Positions 18,405 through 26,657 of a stretch of 44,867 nucleotides of DNA are shown in pieces. Where the stretch lies: NCBI GenBank assembly GCA_964522045.1, contig CAZFSF010000001.1, positions 1 to 44,867 of the forward strand. The letters run 5' to 3'. The position numbers and the translations under genes were made by a program. The DNA comes from an uncultured Desulfobacteraceae bacterium. GTDB taxonomy: Bacteria; Desulfobacterota; DSM-4660; Desulfatiglandales; Desulfatiglandaceae. The first letter of the stretch is position 1, and every line of letters starts with the position of its first letter. A model generated the notes under the pieces. It saw only the letters and a program-made list of their open reading frames with translations. It made no database searches and was not told the origin of the DNA.

Positions 18405-19955
18405 CTAAGCAGGTTTGATATAACGCCTCTTCTCCGGCATCTTTTCCCTCTTGTTCAGCGTTGCGTGAAGGGCCTTGACAATCCTGGAACGGGTCTCTCT
18501 CGGGTCGATCACCTCATTGACCGTGTACCAGGTTGTGTAGAGCTTGCCAAAGGTCATGACGCTGAACTCCTTCTTCAGGATATTCAGGAAGAAGTTGTAG
18601 ACATCATCGTAATTGCCATCCTCCTTTGCCTTGGCTAACTGCTTGTGGAACACCGCTGGAACAATCATCTCCGGTCCTGTGGGTGCGAATTCGGTGGTGG
18701 GCCAGGCGTAAATAAAGTCGGGTCCCATCTTGCTGCAGCCCATAACAATATTAGACCCGCCGTATGATCGTCTCAGTACGATGCTCACCTTGGGATTGGT
18801 CAGGTGTGAGTACCCGTGCAGGTTCTTGGCCCCGTGTCTGATGACCCCCATCCGTTCCCATTTGTCCCCAGGGGGAAACGCGGTGGTGTCGGAAATGGTC
18901 ACAAGGGGGATGTTGAACGCGTCTAAAAACATAAGGAACCGGTCGTACTTGTCCGAGGAATCGGGCTCCATGATGCCGCTCATCTCGTCCGGGTTGCTGG
19001 CGGCGATGCCTGCAACCAAACCGTCAAACCGGGCAAAACCTACGATCATGTTGGGAGCGAAGTCCTCCTGTATCTCAAAAAACTCCCCGCTATCCACGAT
19101 CAGGTCGATGACCTCGTGCATGTCATAGGTAAACTTGGGATTTTCGGGCATAATATCCAGCAGGGCCTCCTCCCCCCTTTCCGGATCATCCCCGGTCTCC
19201 AACGCCTCGGGTCTTTCCCAGCAGTTCTGGGGCATGAATTGAAGAATCTCCTTAGCCATGTTGATGGCCTCCTGGTCGCTTTCCGCCACCAGATCGCATT
19301 GGCCGCTCTTTTCCATGTGGAACTCGGCAGAGCCCGCGTCATCCGATTCAATCTCTCCTCCCATCCACAAGAACCCGGTATTCGCGTTCATGATCAGGAA
19401 ATCGGACAGAACGGGAACCTGGGCCAACGGTCCTGTGCAGGGCCCCAGGACGAGGGCTATCCGGGGAATCACCCCGGAATAGAGGCAATAGTCCCTGACC
19501 AGGGAGCCCATACCATGCAACCCGACAAAACCATTCCTGAAATCAAGTCTGGAGCCGGCCGAGTCAAAGATACCGATGATGGGGACCTGCTCCTGTCCCG
19601 CCATCCGGATCAGTTCGGCGATCTTCCACACTCCCTGGTCTCCAATGGCGCCGGACATTACGGTAAAGTCAAGGGAGTATACCATGACCTGTCTTCCCTT
19701 CACTTTAGCCAGGCCCATCACGACACCATCAGCCGGGCTGGGTCTACCCCCTCCATCCGCAGGAAGCTTGAACTCCCTTACAACAGAGCCAAGTTCCTCG
19801 AATGTTCCGGGATCGGCCAACAGATCAATCCTCTCTCTCGCAGTCAGCTTCCCCAATTTGTGCTGAAGCTCAACCCGCTTTTCGCCGCCGGCAGCGACGT
19901 TCTCTTCGCGAACCTTGACAAGCTTCTCAAGATAACCGTCCATCCATTTTCCCAT
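18405..19955 (-). CDS. Acyl-CoA carboxylase carboxyltransferase subunit (PccB/MccB-family), paralog 2
   Basis: 516 aa, colinear with the neighbouring paralog (QHKLGKLTARERIDLLADPGTFEELGS). Confidence 0.9.
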   Translation of the reverse strand: MGKWMDGYLEKLVKVREENVAAGGEKRVELQHKLGKLTARERIDLLADPGTFEELGSVVREFKLPADGGGRPSPADGVVMGLAKVKGRQVMVYSLDFTVMSGAIGDQGVWKIAELIRMAGQEQVPIIGIFDSAGSRLDFRNGFVGLHGMGSLVRDYCLYSGVIPRIALVLGPCTGPLAQVPVLSDFLIMNANTGFLWMGGEIESDDAGSAEFHMEKSGQCDLVAESDQEAINMAKEILQFMPQNCWERPEALETGDDPERGEEALLDIMPENPKFTYDMHEVIDLIVDSGEFFEIQEDFAPNMIVGFARFDGLVAGIAASNPDEMSGIMEPDSSDKYDRFLMFLDAFNIPLVTISDTTAFPPGDKWERMGVIRHGAKNLHGYSHLTNPKVSIVLRRSYGGSNIVMGCSKMGPDFIYAWPTTEFAPTGPEMIVPAVFHKQLAKAKEDGNYDDVYNFFLNILKKEFSVMTFGKLYTTWYTVNEVIDPRETRSRIVKALHATLNKREKMPEKRRYIKPA

Positions 19956-19991
19956 GCTGCAAATCTCCCTGTGACAGACCTCGTTAAGTTG

Positions 19992-20606
19992 TTAAGTAGT
20001 TGAGTCGTTGACAGCTTTCTGTTCAATCCCTTTAAAAACAAATTCATATAGCTTCTCTGTCAGATCATCAGGGGATATCTTTCGGCCGAAGACCACTCTG
20101 GTAAGACACACATTTTCGATCGACCCGAGGATAGCCTGCCTCAAAAGAACAGGCGGAATATCATCCCTGATTTCCTTTGCCTGTATCCCCTCCTCGATAA
20201 TTTTCAGCAGGATCTCGGTGTATTTTCTGACCAGCTTGTATGTCTCACTGGTGTAGTAGTCAGAAAAACTCCGGACATCCAAGAGGAGGATCTTGGCAAA
20301 AACTCTGTCGGTCGCATAAACGTTGATGTGCGACCAGATCAGTTTTCTCAACTTGTTCAAGGCCCCCTCAATGCCCTTCAAATCCCGTTCAAACTGGACA
20401 TCATAATGTTTAAGATACTCACTGAGAAGCTGGTATAAAAGGTCCCTCTTGTCCTTAAAGTACTTATAGATAAGCGCTTCAGTAACCCCGGCGGTTTTAG
20501 CGATCTCCGCCGTGGTTATGGCGCCGAAGTCCTTTTTCTCAAGTAATACCCTCAAGGCATCAGCAATCTTTATACGACCCGGAGGCCAGGATTTTGCTTC
20601 CGCCAT
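19992..20606 (-). CDS. TetR/AcrR family transcriptional regulator
   Basis: N-terminal HTH ITTAEIAKTAGVTEALIYKYFKDKRDLL. At 204 aa it has the typical TetR size. Confidence 0.85.
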   Translation of the reverse strand: MAEAKSWPPGRIKIADALRVLLEKKDFGAITTAEIAKTAGVTEALIYKYFKDKRDLLYQLLSEYLKHYDVQFERDLKGIEGALNKLRKLIWSHINVYATDRVFAKILLLDVRSFSDYYTSETYKLVRKYTEILLKIIEEGIQAKEIRDDIPPVLLRQAILGSIENVCLTRVVFGRKISPDDLTEKLYEFVFKGIEQKAVNDSTT

Positions 20607-20609
20607 AAG

Positions 20610-21377
20610 TCATTTCCCTCGCGATTTCAGAAACAGATTCACCATCTTTTTGTGTTCAGTACTCTGGAGCATCACCGATTGGTGTGCGGCCTCCCACGCA
20701 AGGGCCTCTTTCAAGGACATGTCCAGGCTGCCTTCAAGAGACTCCTTGATCAAGGAGAGGGACGCGGGAGGTTTCGCCACAAGGGTTCCGGTCAGTGAAT
20801 TCACTTCCCGGTCCAGGTCTTCATCCGGCACTGATTTGTATATCAGGCCAATGGTCTCAGCCTTTTTTCCGTCTATGAATTCTCCTAAAAGAGCGATCTC
20901 CCTGGCCTTCACGAGGCCTACGAGTCGGGGAAGGAAGAATGTTGCCCCGCCATCAAGGACGGCACCGATATGTACGAAGTTCAGGCAGAATTTTGCATTC
21001 CGGGCGGCCAGAACAAAGTCTCCTGCCAGTGCAAGGCTGCTCCCTCCGCCAAAGGCTGCTCCTCTGACCTTTGTGACAAGCGGCTGAGGCATCTCTCTCA
21101 TCAGACGTACAAGTTTTCCAAAATTCTTCATGCCAGCCAACCATTCCGGGGCCGAAAGATTGTCGGTGAAGAGGGAAACATCGGCGCCGGATGAGAAATT
21201 GTCTCCTGCTCCCTCAAGGACGACCACACGGATCTCCTCATCCCTGGAGATCTGTTCAAGGGTCTTTGTCAGTTCCTCGACGATCTCTGCATTGAGGGCG
21301 TTCATGATCCGGGGCCGGTTCATCAGCACGGTACAAGCCTTATCCTCTTTTTTAACCAATACCAAGTCCTCAGACAT
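20610..21377 (-). CDS. Enoyl-CoA hydratase/isomerase (crotonase superfamily)
   Basis: VVVLEGAGDNFSSGADV oxyanion-hole region and AFGGGSSLALAGD; 255 aa. Confidence 0.9.
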   Translation of the reverse strand: MSEDLVLVKKEDKACTVLMNRPRIMNALNAEIVEELTKTLEQISRDEEIRVVVLEGAGDNFSSGADVSLFTDNLSAPEWLAGMKNFGKLVRLMREMPQPLVTKVRGAAFGGGSSLALAGDFVLAARNAKFCLNFVHIGAVLDGGATFFLPRLVGLVKAREIALLGEFIDGKKAETIGLIYKSVPDEDLDREVNSLTGTLVAKPPASLSLIKESLEGSLDMSLKEALAWEAAHQSVMLQSTEHKKMVNLFLKSRGK

Positions 21378-21588
21378 CGATTTCCCTCTTTTCTGAAACT
21401 ACCCTTCCCCAACCCGCGGAGTTTAAAACAACTATTCAAAAATGCCTATGATGATAAGGTTAGGAATCCTTACCCAGCATGCGATTTAGTTCCAAATTGT
21501 ACTGTTTTTATGAGTTAGTAAACGTCACTCATTTTGTCAAGCTTTTTTGGTCCAGCCTAAAGAATAATGATTCAGGGTTGCTATCCCG

Positions 21589-21618
21589 TTGACAGTGACG
21601 GGCCCTTTTTCGTATGAT
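21589..21618 (+). promoter_or_regulatory. Sigma70-like promoter for the large acyl-CoA dehydrogenase gene
   Basis: TTGACA (21589-21594), an 18-nt spacer, then TATGAT (21613-21618), ~65 nt upstream of the ATG at 21683. Confidence 0.5.
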
Positions 21619-21632
21619 ACAAAAATCGAAAA

Positions 21633-21644
21633 GTGAAATTTCAC
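21633..21644. promoter_or_regulatory. Perfect 12-bp palindrome GTGAAATTTCAC, candidate TetR operator
   Basis: It sits just downstream of the predicted -10 in the divergent intergenic region next to the TetR-containing operon. A second inverted repeat, atgagt-N11-actcat, lies at ~21519-21541. Confidence 0.35.
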
Positions 21645-21682
21645 ACTTAAGTTAAATCAATTACCAAACGAGGAGGCTGACT

Positions 21683-23554
21683 ATGGCTAACCTGATTTTG
21701 GATGAACGAGACCAGCAATTTGTGCTCTACGAGATGCTTGAGGTGGAAAAACTATTTGAAAGACCGATGTTTGCCGAGTTTTCAAAGGATATGCTCGACA
21801 TGATCCTGACCGAGGCCCGGAAGTTCGCCGTAAATGAGATATTCCCGACACTCGTTGAAGGAGACAGGGAGGGTTGCAGGCTCGAAAACGGGCAGGTGTA
21901 TGTTCCAAAGGCCTTTCGCAGATGCTACAAGCTCTATTGCGAGGGGGGCTGGGGGGCCATGGGTTACTCGCCTGAGGCGGGGGGACAAGGTCTGCCTCAT
22001 GTGGTGTCCACAGCAGCAAAGGACTGGTTTATCCATAATTTCGCCTTTTTTGCATATCCCGGGCTCAGTGAAGGCGCTGCTCGCCTCATTGAGACCTATG
22101 GAACAGACGGGCAGAAGAGGAAATATCTCGAAAAAATGGTGGCCGGTGAGTGGGGGGGCACCATGTGTCTCACCGAGCCAAACGCGGGAACTGATGTGGG
22201 TAATTCAAGTACGAAAGCCGTGCGTCAACCGGATGGCACCTACAGGATACAGGGGACAAAGATATTCATCTCCTCGGGAGACCATGATCTCACCGAAAAT
22301 ATCATACATCCTCTCCTTGCGCGCATAGAAGGAGATCCTCCAGGGACTAAAGGGATATCCATATTCCTTGTGCCCAAGTATTTGGTCAACGATGACGGTA
22401 GCGTAGGGAGCCGCAACGACTATGAGGTGGCCAAGATCGAAGAGAAAATGGGGATACATGGTAGTGCCACCTGTCTATTGAACTTCGGAGATAATGGCGA
22501 CTGCTATGCAGAGCTATTGGGGGAAGAGCGTCAGGGCATGAAGATTATGTTCCAGATGATGAACGAGGCGCGCATCGGTGTGGGGATGCAGGGGGTGTCA
22601 AGCGCGTCCATAGCATATCTTCACGCGCTCCAGTATGCAAAGGAGAGGGTGCAGGGGTCAGCCATCACCGATTTCAAAAACCCGAAAGCCCCGCGGGTAC
22701 CTATTATAAAACATCCCGATGTGAGGCGGATGCTCCTCTGGATGAAGTCCAATGTGGAAAGCATGCGGGCGCTCATCTATTATACTGCCCTTTGCGGGGA
22801 CAGGGCCGCGACTGAAGAGGACGTTACCAAAAAAGAGAAATGGAAAGGACTCCTTGAAGTGCTCACCCCCATATGCAAGGCTTACAACTCAGATATTGGC
22901 TTCAGGGTAACCGAGACCGCGATCCAGGTATATGGAGGATACGGTTACTGCGCAGAGTATCCTGTGGAGCAGTTCATGCGAGATGAGAAGATTGCATCCA
23001 TCTATGAAGGCGCCAACGGCATACAGGCCCTCGATCTCGTGGGTCGCAAGCTTGCCCAGAAAAACGGAGCCTATTTCATGCACCTGATAGGGGAGATGAA
23101 CGCAACCATTGCCAAGTACAGGGACATCCCCGATCTAAATGATCTTGCAACCGATGTCCAGAATGCGGTCAGCGTCTTAGGCGACACCGGGTTCTTTTTT
23201 GCCCAATGCGCCGGTGAAGGAAATTTTCTGCTTCCAGTAAATAATGCATATCCGTTCCTGATGATGATGGGGAAAGTAGTAGCGGGGTGGCTCCTGCTTT
23301 GGGAGGCCGGTATCGCAAGGGAGAAGCTCGACGCCTTAAGTAAGGAAAAGGGCACGGATCCATCCGACCGGGACAAGTGGGAAGCATTTATCAAGGAGAG
23401 TAAAGACGCCTCGTTCTACTCGGGCAAGATCTTTAGTGCAAAATACTTCATCAAAAACGTCCTTCCTGAAGTGGAAGCCGCAGCGAGAGGAATAAAGAGC
23501 AAAGACATGTCGGTCATGGAGATTGCTGAGGAGAGCTTTGCATCACAGGTGTAG
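21683..23554 (+). CDS. Large acyl-CoA dehydrogenase (623 aa, with extended N- and C-terminal domains)
   Basis: CLTEPNAGTDVG and QVYGGYGYCAEYPVEQFMRDEKIASIYEGANGIQALDLV ACAD signatures. RBS GAGGAGG precedes the ATG. Confidence 0.85.
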   Translation: MANLILDERDQQFVLYEMLEVEKLFERPMFAEFSKDMLDMILTEARKFAVNEIFPTLVEGDREGCRLENGQVYVPKAFRRCYKLYCEGGWGAMGYSPEAGGQGLPHVVSTAAKDWFIHNFAFFAYPGLSEGAARLIETYGTDGQKRKYLEKMVAGEWGGTMCLTEPNAGTDVGNSSTKAVRQPDGTYRIQGTKIFISSGDHDLTENIIHPLLARIEGDPPGTKGISIFLVPKYLVNDDGSVGSRNDYEVAKIEEKMGIHGSATCLLNFGDNGDCYAELLGEERQGMKIMFQMMNEARIGVGMQGVSSASIAYLHALQYAKERVQGSAITDFKNPKAPRVPIIKHPDVRRMLLWMKSNVESMRALIYYTALCGDRAATEEDVTKKEKWKGLLEVLTPICKAYNSDIGFRVTETAIQVYGGYGYCAEYPVEQFMRDEKIASIYEGANGIQALDLVGRKLAQKNGAYFMHLIGEMNATIAKYRDIPDLNDLATDVQNAVSVLGDTGFFFAQCAGEGNFLLPVNNAYPFLMMMGKVVAGWLLLWEAGIAREKLDALSKEKGTDPSDRDKWEAFIKESKDASFYSGKIFSAKYFIKNVLPEVEAAARGIKSKDMSVMEIAEESFASQV

Positions 23555-23587
23555 AGGTTTAGGGTTCAGAGGTTTGAAACTCTTCTA

Positions 23588-26077
23588 TCAAGCCTCTGAT
23601 CCCTCCCCGGCCGAGAAGCCCAGACGCCTTCCTAATTCATTGAATAGTCTGGAAATATGAGGATCAAGACCTTGCGTAAAGTCTGGATTCTTATAGAGCT
23701 CGTAAAACATATTCTGGCACTCCCACAGATCCGGCTTCAGGTTCAGATCATCCGCCAGGTTTAAGAATTTAATAACGTTCTTAATCAAAATCCGGTCAGG
23801 AGCCGAGGCCACGCGGTTCATCTCCCGGACAAGATAATCCTGAGACTTCTCTCTGATCCTCTGGTCATTCAAGACCATTTTCAGAGATTTCGCCTGAGCA
23901 GTCAGATCATTGAGCCTCGTCCATTCTGCCGGTAGTTTCTCTTCGTCCGGAGAAAAAAGCCTGTCCAGTTCATCCTCTAACAAGATGGGCAAAACGTCCT
24001 CCGGGATTTCAGGGACCGGTTCCCGTGTCTCCCCACGGAAAGAAAAAACATCCTCAAAAAGGGCATCATGGTTACGGATATAATCTTTATCCAGACGATT
24101 AAGACTCAAGGCCAGGCCTTCCATAAAGATTTTGAGTGTGTCCGGGATGAGATCCTCAGTTCCGTATCTCCTGACCCAGGCCACATAAGTAGAAAAAATA
24201 TCCTCTGCCTTTTTTAGAGACACTGTCAGAGTCTGTCGTATCTCATCGGCTGTTTTTTCAAGATCAAACCCTTCGACTCCTTTTCCCACAAGGCAGGTCA
24301 ATTTTCCGATTTCTCCTCGCAAAGCCAAGTATACCTTCATAAACTTTCGGCCTGTCCCGGTCTCTATCACCTCTGCCTGACCCAATATGGACTGTGCCTT
24401 TCCTCCTGTCAAACGCAGCTCAGATAGAGGACGAACCGTTTCGGAAAAAAGGCCCCCTGTCCGGGAAACACCCTCGGCCAGACCGGCAAGGGCATAGTGG
24501 GCAATTTGACGGGAGGGGTCGATCCGGGTCGGCCTGACCTGGGTATCATATACGTGCTTTCCGTTCCGGTAACCAGGATCATTACTCCTGGCTCTGGAAA
24601 GATATTCAATAAGCCCTGCTTCCAGATTCTTGTCCGCCCATGGCTGCGCCAGTTCTACTGCCCTGGCAGCATACTTGAGCACCTGTACAGGCTCAAGACC
24701 GGAAATATCGTCAAAGAACCAGCCGCAACTGGTAAACATGTAAAGGGCCATCCGCTGAACTTCTAAGAGCAGAAATGCCTCGATCCGTTCTTCAGATCCA
24801 AGGGATCCTGCGCCATGGCGTTGGATGAAACACTCCCGCCCTTGAGCCGTGGAATTGAGAAAGAGAGTAATGTATTCATCCCTGGCCTTCCAGAGGTCCT
24901 TTAAAAGCCGCCCTCCCCTTTCCTCAAAAACGCCTCTCAGCTCGTCGGCCAACCAGTCAAGACCTTCCCTCAAGGGGGCCCGCCATGCCTGATTCCATTC
25001 CGGGGTCTGGCTGACACTACACCCGCAGTCTGCGCGCCACCTCTCCACACCATGAGCGCAACTCCAGGAGCTGTTTTCGACAATCCTTACCTCATCCTGC
25101 GGAGGAAAATTTTCAAGAAATAGCGCGTAGTTTGTAAGTTCGATCTCTCCTCCCTGTTCTAAGTGATGGAAAAGCCAGGACAGGGCAAGATCACCGAATT
25201 TGAAATGATGACCGTAGGACTCCCCGTCAGTGGCTAAACTGACCAACTCCGTTCCATCATTATACGTCCCGAATGCCTCTTCAATGCGAGCAAGGAGATC
25301 TTCGCCCGATGCTAAGAGCTTTTCATAAGCCACGGCCCTTGAAACCGGGCCGTCGTAAAAAAAGACGTCAATAAAAGGCCTGCCCCCCCTGCCTAATAAT
25401 ACCCGGTAAGACCGGGTAGGGTTGATCCGCCCTCCTGTTACATCCTGCCACGATTTGTCCTTGGCAGATCCTATTAAGGGACGAACGGATTGGGCCTGTG
25501 TCGGGGCTAAGATGGTGAACTTTACGCCCTCTTCCGCCATCAGGATCAAAGTCTCCGTATCCACTGCCGTCTCACTCAGCCACATCCCTTCTGCAGGACG
25601 TCCAAAGCGGTGTCTGAAATCGGCAAGGCCCCACCGGATCTGCGTCAGTTTGTCCCTCCTGGTAGCGAGGGGCATGATAATATGGTTGTACACCTGGGCC
25701 AAGGCATTTCCATGCCCCTTAAAACGCTCCCGGCTCAACCGGTCAGCATCTAAGATCTGACCATATATCCATGGATGCGCCTTCTCCAACCACGAGAGAA
25801 GGGTCGGCCCGAAATCAAAGCTCATATATTCATAATTGTTGATCAGTTTCAGGATATGCCTATGCTCACCGTGCAGCCGGGCACGCGTATTGGGTCCGTA
25901 ACATTCGCGGGTGATGCGTTCATTCCAGTCGTGGTAAGGAGATGCCGATGCCTGGTATTCTATCGCATTCAGCCATGGATTCTCACGGGGTGGTTGATAG
26001 AAATGCCCGTGGATGCAGAGATATTTGTCAGTCACTTTTTTGCTAAACCTTCTGTACCGCAATCTTACCCCTGTCAA
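23588..26077 (-). CDS. Glycoside hydrolase family 57-like protein with a long C-terminal extension (829 aa)
   Basis: LCIHGHFYQPPRENPW and ATDGESYGHHF are GH57-type motifs. The start is uncertain. The track start at 26077 is TTG and overlaps iorB by 35 nt; TTG 26062 and GTG 26035 are alternatives. Confidence 0.75.
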   Translation of the reverse strand: MTGVRLRYRRFSKKVTDKYLCIHGHFYQPPRENPWLNAIEYQASASPYHDWNERITRECYGPNTRARLHGEHRHILKLINNYEYMSFDFGPTLLSWLEKAHPWIYGQILDADRLSRERFKGHGNALAQVYNHIIMPLATRRDKLTQIRWGLADFRHRFGRPAEGMWLSETAVDTETLILMAEEGVKFTILAPTQAQSVRPLIGSAKDKSWQDVTGGRINPTRSYRVLLGRGGRPFIDVFFYDGPVSRAVAYEKLLASGEDLLARIEEAFGTYNDGTELVSLATDGESYGHHFKFGDLALSWLFHHLEQGGEIELTNYALFLENFPPQDEVRIVENSSWSCAHGVERWRADCGCSVSQTPEWNQAWRAPLREGLDWLADELRGVFEERGGRLLKDLWKARDEYITLFLNSTAQGRECFIQRHGAGSLGSEERIEAFLLLEVQRMALYMFTSCGWFFDDISGLEPVQVLKYAARAVELAQPWADKNLEAGLIEYLSRARSNDPGYRNGKHVYDTQVRPTRIDPSRQIAHYALAGLAEGVSRTGGLFSETVRPLSELRLTGGKAQSILGQAEVIETGTGRKFMKVYLALRGEIGKLTCLVGKGVEGFDLEKTADEIRQTLTVSLKKAEDIFSTYVAWVRRYGTEDLIPDTLKIFMEGLALSLNRLDKDYIRNHDALFEDVFSFRGETREPVPEIPEDVLPILLEDELDRLFSPDEEKLPAEWTRLNDLTAQAKSLKMVLNDQRIREKSQDYLVREMNRVASAPDRILIKNVIKFLNLADDLNLKPDLWECQNMFYELYKNPDFTQGLDPHISRLFNELGRRLGFSAGEGSEA

Positions 26078-26657
26078 AGGCCTCTAAATTCTGAGCCAAC
26101 CGACCAGAGGAAAGGAGCCCCCCGATGGCCTGCTCAAACCCCTGACGGTCGATCTGCAATATTTCAAAGGTGGAAAGCGCGCCCAACATTACCATGTTGG
26201 AAAATATGGGGTCACCCATCTCTAAGGCGATCTCGGTTGCGTTAAGTTCCCAAACCCCTTTGCTCAGTTCCCCAATCCTGCGAAGGACTTCCTGCACATC
26301 CGGGTAGGGCGTCTGGCCTGATATTATCTCAATGGGATGGATGGGCCGAGTGTTGATAAGAGAAACCACCGATGGGTTGCCGTATTGCCCCAATATTCTG
26401 AGCCCCTCCACAGGTTCCAAGGCCATAAGCAGGTCGCATTGCCCTTCAGGGATCAGGGGCGAGAACTGGTCTTTGGCAGAAATCCGAAGGTGACTCATCA
26501 CTGCTCCCCCTCGCTGGGAGGCCCCATAGGTCTCCCCAATGGTTATGATGTACCCCTTTTGAAGAAGTATCCGCCCCAATACCTGAGAGGCTATAACGTT
26601 CCCCTGTCCGCCGACTCCACCGATAATTACGTTGAAAGGGTCTTTTTGGAAATCCAC
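26043..26657 (-). CDS. iorB: Indolepyruvate/2-oxoacid:ferredoxin oxidoreductase subunit beta (gamma-domain family)
   Basis: NVIIGGVGGQGNVIASQVLG motif; 204 aa. The GTG start immediately follows the iorA stop. Confidence 0.8.
   Translation of the reverse strand: MDFQKDPFNVIIGGVGGQGNVIASQVLGRILLQKGYIITIGETYGASQRGGAVMSHLRISAKDQFSPLIPEGQCDLLMALEPVEGLRILGQYGNPSVVSLINTRPIHPIEIISGQTPYPDVQEVLRRIGELSKGVWELNATEIALEMGDPIFSNMVMLGALSTFEILQIDRQGFEQAIGGLLSSGRLAQNLEAFDRGKIAVQKV

Noticed and set aside
26043-26077. 35-nt overlap between the GH57 gene start and the iorB 3' end, considered as a programmed overlap
   Set aside because: The overlap depends on a TTG start chosen by the ORF caller. In-frame TTG 26062 (AGGGG 5 nt upstream) or GTG 26035 would shrink or remove it. 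This is most likely a start-codon ambiguity.
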